Shown here in pieces: positions 1 to 14,839 of a stretch of 64,000 bases of DNA (positions within the stretch are counted from its first letter, which is position 1; every line of letters starts with the position of its first letter). The position numbers were made by a program, and so were the translations under genes. Source of the DNA: Fimbriosthenelais zetlandica (taxonomy: Eukaryota); contig OZ365109.1 of assembly GCA_977030845.1 (NCBI GenBank), positions 60,016,001 through 60,080,000 on the forward strand, given 5' to 3'. The notes beneath the pieces are model-generated. The model searched no databases, had not been told where the DNA came from, and saw only the letters and a program-made list of their open reading frames with translations.

Positions 1-3000
1 TGTCGGGTGTAGGCGGGCTCCTATCTCCTGGCATTATGTCTAGAACTTAATTGTTGAGCTAACTCATTTTGTATGTGACTCCAGTCCCGAGTTTCTTAAA
101 TTGAGTTAAAAGAGATTGGTGTGATCATCAAGTGAAAGAGATGTGGGGAAATCATTAGAAACCATCAAGGATTGACACATTTAATGTATTTTGGGAGAGG
201 GAAATGACATTTGTTGTATTATAAAGAAGAAGAGACATGATGTATGTATGCAGGGTTGTACAATATGGCCCACGGCTCGTATTGAACAGAATAGACTGGG
301 TAAGGTCAGTACATGTTTTGCCAAGTAAAGCTATGGACAATTTCCACCATGGGACATGTCCCTTGGGGTGTATTCCATGGCCAAACAGGCCCGGCCCACC
401 ATCAATAGCGGGCGAGCCCTCGATATATAACCCCATGGTGGATTGGGGCAGGGCTGGTATTTTTGTTGTCGGTTTTCCTTCACATCTTATCCTCCTTTGG
501 ATACAGACCAATGGGCATTTCATGTGGTAGCAATACAGTTAACTTTTGTCATAGCAATTGGTCTCAGTATCAGAAGTATGAACTCAAATATCTTAAGCCA
601 ACTCTCGTGATTTTAACATTCTGTAAGGGAACTGATCGGTTGTTAAAAGACCGCTCGAAGTTCAGATGGAGACAAAAACGTGTGTACATACATGATTGAA
701 AAGGCATATAATTACGTTAGACTATACCATAAGTTATAATCCAATGAAAAGAAGACATTATGATTCATCAATGAAAAGGGAATATGTCCTAATATGATTT
801 AGAAAGGGGCCATGCCATCTTTTCCTCCTATCCAATATATCACGGGAAATATGAAGACTCAGGCGCCGCATCCAAAGGGATTGAGGACACAAGGCCATGG
901 CGCCTACTTCTTTGGATTCCTAGCTTCTTTTATGAAGAGGATGCTTGGCAATCTGGGTTATACACATCTATAGTTGAACCAATGCCTTTGCACATATATT
1001 CATCATTCCTTTTTTGCCTATGTGTTTTACGCCATTTTAACTTCGCCTGAGAAGGAGATGGTGTTCTTGAAGGTCATACCATATTAAGGCAAGCTGCCTT
1101 GTGAAAATCTTCTGGTGGGGTTGAACTTTTAATGACCTTTTCCTGGTGATAAGAAGAAGACCATGCTTCAAGACGCTGCCTAGGTTGGCCTTACTGGAAC
1201 ACACGCCCCGCCTCTATGATTGTATCCAGGCATGTGTGTCAGGAATACTGGGTACAACCGATATGTTTCTCCTCCATTCAATGACTTATATGATTAAGTC
1301 ACGAACATCTACAGCTTCTGTATTTTATGTTCTCTGCCCGATAGCAAATACAAGTACCTAAAGCTAAGCCTTGCCATTCCATTATCTTCCTTATACTTCC
1401 TACAGTTTCGTTCTTTTCTTATGTAAATCTTTAATGAGATGAGTCTATTTAATAATTCACCATATATACGTCACCCTAGAGATTCTAGGATTCTGATGGA
1501 ATGCAGAGCCGCATTATATGAAGCGATATTGCTTTATGTAAGCAGGCAACTGCAGCGTTGGACGTTAGTAAGGTCACAGTGGCGTCATATTGTAGAATTT
1601 CCATATGTCATTAACATGAATAAGCTGTCATATCTGACAGTGATGTTACCCAGTACAGACTGGTTTGCTACTGTTTCCAGTACAAGAGATTACCAAGGGA
1701 GTCATCATAGCCATTATATCAATAGTATTTCATACCCCCAAGGGTTCGTTCTCATTCCTTTCAAAGGGAATACATTCAGCGGAAATGAAATTGTTTCAAA
1801 ACATCAAAAGTTCAGCTTCGATACGGAGGTTAGAATTAATTCCAACATCAAAAGGCCGGGGAATAGTGAAGATTAACACTAGGTATGCTGCTCTTTTTCA
1901 GATGAGTCACTTGGTACATTAATAAGCCCATAAAGTTGCCTGTTTATCTTAGGTTCAATAGCCGGTATAGATTGCATCTGCAGTTCAAGTCTGGCTAGCC
2001 TCAAAATGGCCCATTTAGGCAGAGAAACCCTGGGGAGAAACGTTGCCAATCCCCTGATTAATGCCTACCAATCACGTAGCAGTCAACATTCACAGAATTA
2101 CTCTGTGAGTTTTAAATAGGGATAAGGCAGATCCATAACATCCATTAAAAAAATTAAACCCAATATGATGAATGCACCAGTCCTTATCATTATTCTATTT
2201 ATGCCTAAGCCATTGGATGCCGAGCCTGGATTAGACCCTGATATTAGAAAATGCTGTTCATCACTCGAGGAATGGAGGCTTCTGGCTGGCATTCTTGGTC
2301 ACCGTTTTTACCCTTGATTGATGTGTCCAATACCAATTTTGATGATGTGGTGTCTGTGCAACTGGTGATAATTGCCGCATTAGAGTTTAAATTTGATTTG
2401 ATGTTTATTTTGCATGAGCCTGCATAGGTTCCTCCTCTCCGATGTCCGAGGAATAATCTAATGGACGGATAATCAGCTGAGGAATTATTCTAATGCTCAG
2501 ATCACATTCTTTCGCCATTTACCAGGCATAAATACAGTTATAGTGCAGAATCCATTATGAATAATGCACTGGCACCTAAGGCTAGGCTGAGCCTATAATG
2601 ATATCCTAATGGCGGGTACTCGGTATCTCTTAATATTCAAATGCAATTTGTGTTGCTTTTTCCATGGCTTAGGAGTTCACTGATCGTGCATTTATAATAT
2701 AGGAATGCTCCCACATATGGGCTTACGTATAGTTGCTATAATAACCGGGTCAACACACCTGCAGCAGCTGCAAATTATGCCGGGAATTCAGGGCTTTACA
2801 CCAGTGCAAATTCTGTACTGACAATAACCAGGATTTGATCCTTTGAACATAATGGTTTCACTTCAGCAAGGAGACGCCTTCTCCACTCCAATCGATGCAG
2901 CATATGTTGGTGGAAAGGCAGGAGAATTCCCTCCAGGGAGAGAACGTGTCAAGCTTATGAGCTATACAAGATTATAGACAACCTACATGTATGGGCTTGA

Positions 3001-6000
3001 TTGAAGAGTGGGAGCCCACCATGTCCATGTTCTAGGGGGTTGGATCTATTTAAGGATTATATAGGCTACCAGTGAAATGAGAGTGTGTTCCACTTTAATT
3101 CCCACCATGACTAGAAGAAACCGACTAATCGACATTTCCCATGTTCTCTATAAATGATTTTGTGACTTTCAATCTGACGTATTTTAAGCCTGGATCAAGA
3201 CAATGAGAGGGAGATAGGCGGTGTAAAGCTGGTGGCAGCTTTATGGTCTTATCTCGCCATAAAATTACGAGGCAGATATCAGTCCTTTTCAATTAAAGAT
3301 AATATTTCTGAGGATACCAGTGATATTCTTTGTTGCGCTTTTTTCCTCAAAGGAATTGAATATGACCGAGATATTCAAACGAGTTCTGATTCAAAGAAGG
3401 AGCTCCACTCCCCTTCATAATATCACAAATCTCTTGTTGCTTGCTATAATCATCTAATCTATAGGGAGAGGTTTTTACCTTGCTCTCCCCTTGTGATCTC
3501 ATAGAAGTAAATTACCCTCCTTGCTGACTATGTACCTTCAAAAAGGTCAGGTGGATTTTCCTGTCATGTCTCTGACATTTAGCTTGGGAGTTTCTATAAA
3601 GCTTTCTTGTACTGTATCTTCCACCCTGATATTACAGTCCCGTGTCTTCCTCCTTTAGTTGGGAGTCTGGTGAAAAAAGGTCAACACATAATAGGTACCC
3701 ATGTGCTGATGATATAGTGTACCACAGGTTGATGATAGATACAAATTGGCTGCCAATTTGAATCACCCACTACGGTGCTCCATTCAGCGGGTTTATTAAT
3801 CTACTTGGTCTTGTAGTGATTGATTGATACAAGCCCTTTGATCTTGATGAACTGCTGGCACTTCTGGCCTTAAGATCCAGCAGAGAAGTTGGCCAAGGAC
3901 CCCACGAGCGCATCATGACAGAGTATGCCAGACTCTTCTTCCCTACATACCCCTCCATACCACCTCCTTCTCTCCCTTACTGGGTATTGTAGCTGAGTGA
4001 TCATTATTTGTGGCATTGATTAGGTCCGTGATGGAAGAGTTAGTGCTATCGTGATAGGGTGAGCAAAGTTGGATTAATCCCAACATCTATGTCATGTCAG
4101 CACACCAGCATCGCACATCGCAAATGTTTTATGATGGCTATGATTAATCTAAGCAAGCAACACGACAAGACCGACAATAAAGTCACCAATAGAAAAGGTA
4201 AAACCTCTCTTACGGATGCTATTCATTTTCCAAAGGAGCATCTGAATGACACAAAGGCTCGTTCTGGAACAGATTTTTTGTTGCTCTTTTCTTGCCGCAA
4301 TCTAAATTCCAGACTCAACCGGGCTGATTTAGAATAGGGCAGAATCATCATTGTGGCTGTGTGATTATCATTCAGTTCCTTTTCGTTAGCCATTTACTGA
4401 CAGACCCTGGAACGGCGGATTACCAGGGTTGGCTTGATGGCAATACAATAATCCATAGCGGGGGTGCTGAGAAGAATGTCCTTTCCATGGAGCTAGTGTC
4501 TTTAGATATGGACTCGGGCAGTGACCGTGAAAAGACTGGGGGAAGGTCAGGATAATGGCTTTGCCTGCATTCCCGGACTTTGATCTATACTACTTGCCCA
4601 TACCTCTTACTTTGAGGTGCTCGGACCAGGTCAGGTTTGCCTGACTGATCACCTCAAATGAACGCCTTTCCATTTGATGCCACTGGTGTCTCAATAGTCT
4701 CAGCCTAGTCAGGAGTTCGGTTGGTGCCACTGGAGAATACAACTGAAAAGCCACCCATGTGGATTCCGAGGACGATACCAAGTGAAGGCTGCATGACAGG
4801 AGGGGTTCATGGACAGGGGGAGGGGCTCACGTCTAAAGAGCATGCACCGAAGCGTGTGCAAGCATGCCAGGAATTAGACGTGCTACTTACACTCGAGAAG
4901 TTCCCCTCTTTCACCTCTGAACAATTCAAGTCTCCCCAGACATTGCTCTCTTTGCATTGCTTGCCAATTGCGATGCTCACATCTAATTTATTTATCAAAA
5001 TTCCATTAACCTTTATCGCAAACGTTAATTGGTCTATACACAGTGCTACAAGTCATAACCCTTATCTATATGGCTCAGGGATATGAGCATCATCTCCGTG
5101 CGGTTATTCGAGCATGTGCCAATTTCTATTCAACTTCCCTAATATAATGTTTGCTGCTCAATATGTTTTTATTTGCGAATTTCACAGAATATTGATCGGC
5201 CGCATCTTTATCAAGCCAACTCATCAGCCGGCAATAGAACTATTCTGTCAGTCAGTGTGATTTATCTGATTTCATTAAGATTATGACAATACTTTTGAAA
5301 ATTGCACCAGGAATAGATAGGCAGCTGCAGCTTTTTATTAGTCCCAGTCCAGATGTAATTTGTACATTCAAAATTTCGGGAGGAGCCATCGCTGGGATAT
5401 TTGCATGGGCTGAGCACTGCAGTTGAGCACCAAATTCTCTCAAAGGGGTGAGAGAAATGGATTTCTAGCTGATATTGGTGTTGGGCTTGCTTGTAAAACA
5501 TGGGAATATTTTTCTTCCTATCTTGGAAAGTAATCCCATATTAGAGTTATACAGTGAACCTGGGGCTGGATCCTCGACTGTGGCTGCTGGAGTTATCATT
5601 ATCTCTCAAAGCATTCGCTCGCCATGTCAGAATGGATTAGACCAACTTAGCACCTACAGGCCCGGGCTAGTTTAACATCATAAGTGGGCTTGCCGGGGCT
5701 GTGTATGTCTGATAGACAAGCCCTATCAGTGAATGAAAGTGGAAAATATGAGATTCATATCCCAATATCTACTGATAGCACAGCCTTGTACATACTATCA
5801 GGCCCGTGTCTCTACCAACTGATCAGTCCTACATACTCGATCAGCTCTCATATCACTCCTAAGTCCAGAGCAAACCAACCAGAAAATTCTATGCATCTAT
5901 GATTGGTGGATTACCATGATATTGAATACATTACAACTCTTGAAGAGAGAGAAAGTTGGGGAATGTGTGTCCCCTTCCTATGTAAACTTATATGGACAAG

Positions 6001-6224
6001 AGGAGCTTTTTTGGCAAGAGCCCGGTATACAGTAGTCGGGTCTGGCAACTAAAACCAATGGTCCGAAGGCTCGGTTCAATTTACTGGTCGGCAGGTCGCG
6101 AGGGATTTGATCAAGGGACGTGGTTGGAATTATCAAGGTTCTTCCTCGATCCAGCAGGCCGCCATTGAGGCGGCAATATCATGCTATAGGTCTGCGTCTG
6201 TGTACAAAGCTCACCTTCTGCTGG

Positions 6225-6480
6225 TGTTGGGGGCTTATATCGAACCTCTCTCCACATATCTAACTTAAGAAACTTTATGTCATGTCATGTACGGGAATGG
6301 TAATGATTTACCAAAACATATGAGAAGTCCTTCTATTTTCATTATATTGTAAATAAAAACATGCCTTTTCAGTGATGCAATTGCTTTATAAGCAAAGGCA
6401 ATCGTCGTGCTAAAGTATTTTTCATTAATTTCCGGTCTACTATATTGATGGAAAATATTATGGTTTCCTTATAGCTGAAA
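6225..6480 (-). mobile_element. Decayed L1-clade LINE reverse transcriptase fragment (N-terminal RT motifs)
   Basis: Minus strand reads SYKETIIFSINIVDRKLMKNTLARRLPLLIKQLHH*, resembling LINE SYRPISLLNVDYKILAKILANRL...IIH. It is followed in order by ENRRTSHM (DNIRRLLH-like) and TTAGAT..GAGAGAGGTTCGAT (LDAEKAFD-like with indels). By-eye alignment only. Confidence 0.55.
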
Positions 6481-8300
6481 ATGGGAAATGGAAGGTAAGG
6501 ATATGGAAAGAGACCGGAAATCAAAAGCTAACAATCCGTGGATTAATAATAAAAAAGTGGAAATATGCCGATAACCTAGATATATCTCCATATTAAGTAA
6601 CACATATTCAATCATCAGAAACTTTCTTCAGAAACAAACATCAGAAACTATAATTCAGTGGAACATGTGCACTGTGAGGGCGGGCAAGCTCTCGTTGGAT
6701 GGTACAACAGTTTAAAACAGGTCTATAACGCTCCCAGTAAACATCCTATAAATGAAAGCTGACATGCAGTAGACATGGATATAGGACCATTACTCACATT
6801 TTATGCCAATTCAACATGATCTGTGATGGTACCGGCCTATTTCCATAGTGTTTATCCATTGGTATCAAGCAACGCTCATTTTGGTTAGGATGAGTATAGA
6901 AAGGAAGGTTTTCTATGTCTTTTGGATGACAAAATGCTTAATTAAATGCCATAGAAGCACAAGTTCAGCAGTATACATGGCTATAATAAATTACCTTATT
7001 TTTCAAATTTGGCAAAACGATGCATTTCTTATACTTTTCTGTGCAAGAGCTATTGGAAAAATAAGGGCGTTAATGTGTGCGGTACAGCTAAATAGTGTGC
7101 ATTCGACACAATGATTTCAATAGACCCATGGGGGACCAATTGAAACCTTCAATTGAGGTTAGTCTTTTTATCCCTAAGTACCACATGGGATTTAACACAT
7201 TGCCGCGTTACTTGTGCGAGTCAAACACCAGCTTTGAAATTCACTCTTGGTCTTTTCATTGAAAAGTCTATTTTATCCTACAGCCTTTAAATATAATTTC
7301 TATAGACTTCGGTTTCTATTTATATCATTAAATGGATAGAAATTAACGAGCTCAGCCTATTCCCATTAGGGGGTTTAGTTTGTACTAATGTAGAAAAGAC
7401 AAGACATTTATTGCATACTTCAGCCCAATGACTGAATGTATCGACTCTAATCCAGGGTACATATTTTGTGTAGAAATATCGGTTGACAACGGCAGAAGGC
7501 GGTCACCATGCATTAACAGTTCCGAAATTGTTGCAATTGCAGAAATTGGGGAAACAATCTGACACCTAAACACATTATTCTATTGCTGAGGCTGCATAGT
7601 CGTTTGTTTTTATTCCTGCGCAGTCACGGAAGTGACAATACTTCATGACAATCATAATTGATTTTCACCCTTTGGCGAGTTTCCATCATAAACCATGGAC
7701 AATGTTGCACAAGGTTGAGTAACAGGTCATCGTAACAAGTTTAACTTGATGCGGAAAACCCAGTATATAACCCATGTGCATTATATATGATCCAAATTAG
7801 ATATCTCGCACGAATAAAAAAATATTAAAGTACTATAGAAAATAATATAAATCGAGTTCAACTAAAATTTGCTAACCAAGCTGAATGGGGGTAATTCTAC
7901 ATTAGACAGTTGGATGTTGGAGTGGGTGTTAAGTTTGAGAAAGGGATAATGAAGAAGAGTCTGTAGAAGGGGGGTAAGGGACTAATATTTCTTTGTTGGC
8001 AGGATACCAGTCTCTTAATGGGGGCGAGGCGTCCCATTGTTAATTATGATTTCAATGTTCTGGCAACTGTCTGTCCTCAATATATAATTTCCCATTGTGT
8101 AACATGATAATTCTCCAAAATGCTCAGAATTGTCTCTCCATCTCAATATTGGCCAGTACACAATTTATGTAGTTTTATGTCAGGATGCAGTGCACCTAAA
8201 AGTCAAATTTCCTTCTGAACTTATTATAGAAAGTGGATCATACTCATATTGATTATATTTATTTTCCCATTAGTCATATTGGTAATAATCATAATAATGT

Positions 8301-8382
8301 GTTTCTTTTTCTTTGCAGGTAAGTTCATCATTGATAATATTCTGGTGTATAGTCCTGATGTTGATGCAACCTTCAAGTAAGT
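8301..8382 (+). other. Candidate recursive splice site / RS-exon 1 (AG|GT at 8318/8319; 58-nt exon 8319-8376)
   Basis: 13 consecutive pyrimidines (8302-8314), then GCAG, then GTAAGT. No AG between 8274 and 8316. A second donor CAA|GTAAGT lies at 8376/8377. Confidence 0.55.
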
Positions 8383-11300
8383 TGTACAATTGATATTCAT
8401 TTAAGCAATTTCCAGTTCATGTTGCATATAATACTGCGTTTCAGGAAAGGTATACAATTCTGGTTTCATCACTGCTAGATGAATAAAAATTATATTCTGA
8501 GAAAAAAGGAGAAAGTAATTAACCGACCAATGGATGTCACACCAACCTGTTAGAAACACAATGTATGGCGATCCCAGTGCATACAATTTATTATAATATT
8601 AGATTTATGCATTTTCATGAGTAATTGCGATACATACTCTTGACCTAGGGACATGGAGCCTCTCCCACTTATATCATTAATCATCCCACGCTTCCCATGA
8701 GACTAAAGGCCTTTGTGTTTAATATTTCTCACACACTCGCAATCGTAGAAACAGTCAAAACTGGCGGGAAGGAACAGTTAATCTTGGCAGACCTTTTGAG
8801 CGTGTCCTTTCCAAGAGGCAGCCACTGATTCACATTTCCAACCTCTTTTCTTGTTAGCGATTCAGAGCGACACAGAACCATCCTCGGCCCATACCCAGGT
8901 CAAGTATCAATCACCTTAATCGGAGTTCAATTGTTCCCACTCTCTTAAGAAATATATGTTGGTTTCTGTGCGCTGCCAAGTCACGCTGAAAGTTATTGCA
9001 CTTTCGGCCCAGTCTGCCAAGTTTTTGTCCACTTCCTATATATATGCCTATAGCTACATACAGCTCAATTATGCAAAGGCATCGAGGAGGGCCATTCATC
9101 TTCTTTTACAAATAACTTCAGATTTATCCGAGCCCATGAGCTACTTAAACTTTTATTCATATTTGTCTTTAGGTCATGGCTTTATTACACGAGTAGATTT
9201 TTTAAAACCGGGTCTTAAATACATGTACCCAAAATATTCTCGCATGTACATTTACAAAATGCTTGATACAATTTGCTAATGGTTAAGTAACATAACAAGT
9301 GCTATACTTAACTCAAAGACGTCATCTGAATATAAATCAGCTTGCCCATAACGTGATCTGAATGTCTTATCGTTTCATAAGATATCTTAATGCATGGTAA
9401 TACGCTGTGGACCTTATAGAAGTCATAGAAACTTTAGAAACTACATTTCTAAGGGAACATAAAGATGTTTTAGACGCTGGACAAATTATTTAATGCATGA
9501 ACGGATTATTTTCTGAGCATTAAATAAACCAAAGGACATTCATCAAAAGGAATACAACGGCAGCAGTGATGTCTCCAGGGGACATTCTCTTTATGATAAA
9601 CTACCCATTAAAATCTGATCTTCCTTTAAGCATCATAATCTGAAGCTCTGAGAGAGATGGGGCTCCCAATAACTCAATGAGAAAGCCATGAATACATAGA
9701 TTGCCTTGTGACAGAGTTTGCTGATAAGCTGGGTATGTTTCTACCCAGTAACGATGCTTCAGGGGTGTGCTTTGGAGCATACTTTCCATACAGATTCTAT
9801 TCTTCATCCTGGTAAAATTTAAAACAAATTTGAGAATAATATTTGGATATTTTGGTTAATTCATGTCCCTAGATTACTGGAGAATCCTCACAAGGACATT
9901 ATCCAATAAATATAATGGACCGTTCATATTTCCATGTAATCGCCTCTGCGAAGACCCAAAAGGCATGATTGTGACAGTCCAATAGCCACCCACTCATCGT
10001 CTTCCTTCATATTAAAGGCAATTGATGCAGAGCGTTCCCAGAGAAAGAAAACACTTTGATTTAGACTGACCCGGGCTTGACCCTCTTGCTAGCAGTGGTC
10101 AGTGATTTGCCTGGATTCCAGCCACCCACTATCTGCCTTATCTATATTCCACCCGTGTCCTCCCTGCTTTAGATGTCCCTGATTACCATTGTCCATGCCT
10201 TGACCACCCTGATGTCCTTTTATGTAAAATGCCTCGTTGAAGTAACTTCGTTTGCGGACGTTTCCCCTCTTCGGAGGCAAATCGAGTTAGGCAGCAATGC
10301 AAGGGGTTTCAATTAATGTTGAATTCTGGCGAGAGACCAGACTAGGGACTTTGGTCAGACTTGGATTCTTTTATCTAAGTTTATACCGTGTACCACCCTA
10401 TCACCCACTATACTAGACATTAGTTGGTTTGCAGAATTCATTGCTTGTGAAAGATTTGATTTGGAATTGACAAATATCCTGGGCAGAATTAGCTCGTCAA
10501 TGTCCCGATGATGAATTCCTTCCATATAAGATTTTAAAAAATGCCAGTTGTAAGCATGGGATTCAATCAAGTGTTTTAAAAGTATTGCCAAGTAGATTCC
10601 GAAGAAAAATAAACAATGCATAGGTTCTCCGCTCGCCAGAATTACATCTAGAATTACCTCCAGACTCTATAGGATGCACCCAATGCAAATTTTAACAGGA
10701 GTTGCTCGACTGCATCCTTTGACTGACACATTCCGTTTAATTTAAGCAACACAATGGGCTGCAGGCTAGCAAGCCTACTTAAGTATGAAATGTGGGAGAG
10801 GGAAAGAGCCTCCTTATAAACACTGCTGAGCATGAACATGCTAAACTTATAAGATGGAATTAACTATAAAATATTCACAATCTCAAGGTTATCCCACAAC
10901 ATCCCTGCCTTACTCACTTTTATATAAACTTCCCGCGTGGATAGACTTTAATTTCCAACGCCATTGCGTGTACGGGTTGACCTTTGGTTAAGAGGGAATG
11001 AAAGGGCCCCCTTGTGACGTTTTAAAAAAAGCAGAGACCTTGCTAGTGGCGAGTACAGGGCTAAATTTGCTGACCACCTAGGGATATGACCTTCCTTGTA
11101 GAGGACACAAAGGGCAATGGACTTATACTACTAAGACCAGGGGCCGGGGGCTATTCATGTAACCCTAGACTATTACAGCTTCTTACCCCCCGACAGCAGT
11201 TTACAAAAGCTGAAAAATTGCCTTCTCTTGTGCGCCTTCCCCCCTCTGAAAAACAGACCTCTAGCCTATTGATTTGGGAGTATGAACCCTTACTTGTGAT

Positions 11301-13596
11301 TGAGGTCTGACCTTCTCGCTTGTGTGGCAATTATGAATTAGCTTCACAATAGGGATTCATCAATACCGCCGTCAACGATTCACTGACATCCTATAAGGTA
11401 TGTATAGCAACACTCTATGGAATGTTAAATATAACAATATCTATAGCATATTCTATGCTTTGAGCTTTGAACAACTTTTTCAACACTGAACTCTCTGAAT
11501 GAATGAAGAGTTACTGAAATGAGTTATAACCAAAGCTAACAAGGTGAGGGTTTTTCAAACGCAGTAAAAAATCTCGAGGCTCAATAGATTGATGATATCT
11601 GGGTCCGTTTCAAGAGAAAGGTCTCGTTCGATAGCATCTGAATATTTGAATGTAAGTCTATAACCGACTGCACCAATGGATTATTTCTTCTATAACGGAC
11701 CCCTGCTAATTTTGCATACACGATCAATCTGTGAAGGCACTTGGAAAGGTGCATTCAACAGTCGAAAGAATATCTTTTGTTGCACTATGATAGATGTACA
11801 TCTCCTACAGAGACGGAGGGAGAAAAATACAAGCAATCAAATTACAAAGCTACAAATGGAAGTAAATGGAAATATACACTAAACCTGAGCCCATTACCTG
11901 CGGTCCTTCTTTTTCAAAAATAGCAATTTGCCATATCCTATTTAAAAATTATATTGAAATAGATACCAGTAAATAAATATTCTCCCTGTCTATAATAACA
12001 CCTTATCAAAAAACATTTTTGCAAAATAGCTTTTGTCAACATCCGATATAGATCTCGCCAAAAGCATTGCCAATAATTAATGATTATTTAATGCCACTGA
12101 AAACGGGTCTACATCATTAAATTTAATGGGAATTTGATGTTTACCTTTGTCATTTAACAGCCTGAGAATCGTTGGAGGCCAGAGCGAGTCAATATGGAAT
12201 GACTTCCTACTGGAGGGTTGGCCGATTCGGACCATTTAGCCAAGACCGATTCTAAAAGGACCTCTCCAAACTAATTGCTCCAGCACGAGAAATATCTCGA
12301 TTGCGATTGATTCGAATCAGCACAGCTCTTCACTGGGGGTCATTTTGGGGGATACAAGAGGAAATGGGTTTTAATGGACATTTGCTCTCTGGTTAAGGTC
12401 AGAGGCAAATGACCCGTGGTAATAACAAAATTCAGAAAATGATAAATGGCCATAGTCAGTCCCATGCTTCACTTCATTTTCCCCCAATCAATTCCCAAAT
12501 GGTACCCTATTTTAATTACACACTCTTGGTCCCAGAAGCGCCTAATTAGAATCCAGCGCTTGCATGTTTAATTTTGAAAAATTGTTTTCAAAAAAATGGA
12601 ATTGGGACTTTGCCGAGGGCGGGTGGCTGGAGGAGCTAGGGCGTGGAGGAGCACCACCAGCTCCTGCAGAGTGGGGCTCACTCCGTTCTCAGGTTCCCTC
12701 TAAAAGACCAAGGCAATCTACCACCAGAGAAGGCGTCGAGTCATTTGTTGCTTTGATACAGAGGTTACTTCTGGCTTACTGGGATCCCATCCATCCTCCC
12801 TACGTTGCCATTTGGTCTGGGCTGAAGGGAGAAGGACTAGGTGGAAATTATGACCTGCCACTCGGGCCTGCCCACTAGGTCTAGATCTGTGAGACGTGAC
12901 CACTTCCTTGCCACGCCTACACCCTGACCAGGCCAGGCTTTATCATTTCCCTCTAGGGTCGCCATGTTGACCAGGGAGGAAGCATTGGGACTTTTCCACT
13001 ATCACTAAAGGGGTCCCCATAGGCCGCCTAGGTCATGACAGTCAGTTATGAACTGTCAGATAAAAGGGACTTTCTGGATCGGATATGTTGAATTTACATG
13101 TCCCCATGAAGCTTGTATCAAAGAATCTCTATACAACCAAGTGTTGCCAGAGGAATCTGGATAATTTATTTAATTTTCCTATGAATAAATGGACATTTTT
13201 GGTTGCTTGGATTAACTCATAATGTTTTAATCAATTTATGGCTTTGGTCATTGTATTGACTGCCTTGGAATTCATCTGTATTGATTTGTTCATTTCAGGG
13301 AAGAGTTAATCTGGGAAAGACAGGAGGAACCTGCCCCTAGTAATTATTCAACTTTTTGTTTGTGTTCCTCCTTATTGCCAACAAAACATTAATCAGTGGA
13401 CCATAATCATGATTTTTTTTACATTTCCACTTGGTAACCAAATGTAACAATATGGTGCCATCGGTTGTCATGGTAACGGGGTGTTAAGATGAGAACCAAT
13501 ATTTTGATCATTAGCAATGATCCAGAAAATGGAATGGCCTTTGTCAATAAAGCCAGTTTGGCAGGCATGCCTGAGGCTTTGAATGGACAGAATAAA

Positions 13597-13626
13597 GGGG
13601 TTGAGAGGGAAGGGGTGGGTGGTGGG
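13597..13626 (+). other. G-quadruplex-forming motif
   Basis: GGGG-TTGAGA-GGG-AA-GGGG-T-GGG-TGGT-GGG: five G-runs with loops of 6 nt or less. The pattern is certain; function is unknown. Confidence 0.5.
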
Positions 13627-14839
13627 TGGATCCACACTAGGGCTAAGTGCTCAAAGCGTGACCTGTCCATCTGGTTGGTAGTGGGCAAGGCATAATAACC
13701 ACCAAGCCCATATCACTGCCCATCCCTCCCTCCCTCTCTCCCTGTACCCAGTGCCTTAGCCACTCTCCCTTCTCATAACCTTGTATCTGGAGGGCATTTC
13801 CATCCTCTGTGGTGAATGTGTCCTTTGCATAATGGCCACCTGTTTGCGAACAAAAGACTGGGGCCTCATCCAAGCATTCCACAGCCGTGACTGTCCCGCT
13901 CCAAGCTTCCCGGTTATTGGCAATAGAAGCGGACCAAAATTAAGCTGCATCCTCCCTTGTCCATTACCAAACTGATGAATTAGGTGCAGTCTCGCACGAA
14001 GCAAGTCTGTCTTGTCAGCAGCTAAGTAAGATAAATACCTCAATCACACTAAAATGATATTAACCTTAACAGTTCTAATGTGATTTCAACTGAATGTTTC
14101 AATGCTGACCTCATCTGGGGTGACTAAGCCGGTGCATGCAACCCTTAAATGCATCGCCGTCACAAAACACCCAAAACCCCTGGATTCCCAGATGTTTTTC
14201 CACCTGGTTTTTGAACAGTTTACTTTTTTTTCCATTTCGAGGGGACCAAGGTGAAAAGTCGAAGAGGTTTTGTGAGGGAGAATGATTGAGTGGTGATTCT
14301 ACCCATAATTCCCTTTGCGATTATTATGGGAAGGCTGCATCCACTTCCGGTCATCCATCAAAAAGAAATCGGGAAGAGCTGCATGGGTGGGGTGCAGGAG
14401 TGAGTGACCCTTTCCTTATGTCAGTCCACCTTGGAGGTGAAAGATCGGGGTCAGTTGATCCTCACAGGTCAGGTAACAATACGTTGGTCAGGCTGGACAG
14501 TGGACAAAGAGAAATAAGGGTTTCTATGGCATCACCCACATTCCAGAAGCCCGTTTCAAAAGGAATATTTGCCCTAGACATTCCTAATATTCCTTTTGAA
14601 ATGGCCTGGTCTCCAGCCCATGTAATAAAAGATAGGGGGCAATAATGCACAGGTATCTTGTCATTTCAGCCCAGAGGTCATCCCCATTTCCCCATATTAA
14701 ATTCAGATATTGAATTCCGAGGCTCAGTCACAAAATAGAGCATGGGTATATTATTATATAATATTGTTGGTATATTATGCTTAGAACTACTATGGCTTAA
14801 CAGTAGGCTAGATATTCCATTCAGGAAAATAATTACAAA

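Noticed and set aside
9640-9900. Gypsy integrase-like motifs on the minus strand (SNLGT, YPAYQQT, YWEPHL)
   Set aside because: Motifs are very degenerate and the SDxG-to-YHPQ spacing is nearly double the norm; too weak to call.
12161-12239. Acceptor followed by LRIVGG, like a trypsin-family activation site
   Set aside because: The WPW motif is absent at the expected distance, the frame stops at 12237-12239, and no catalytic-triad exons are seen.
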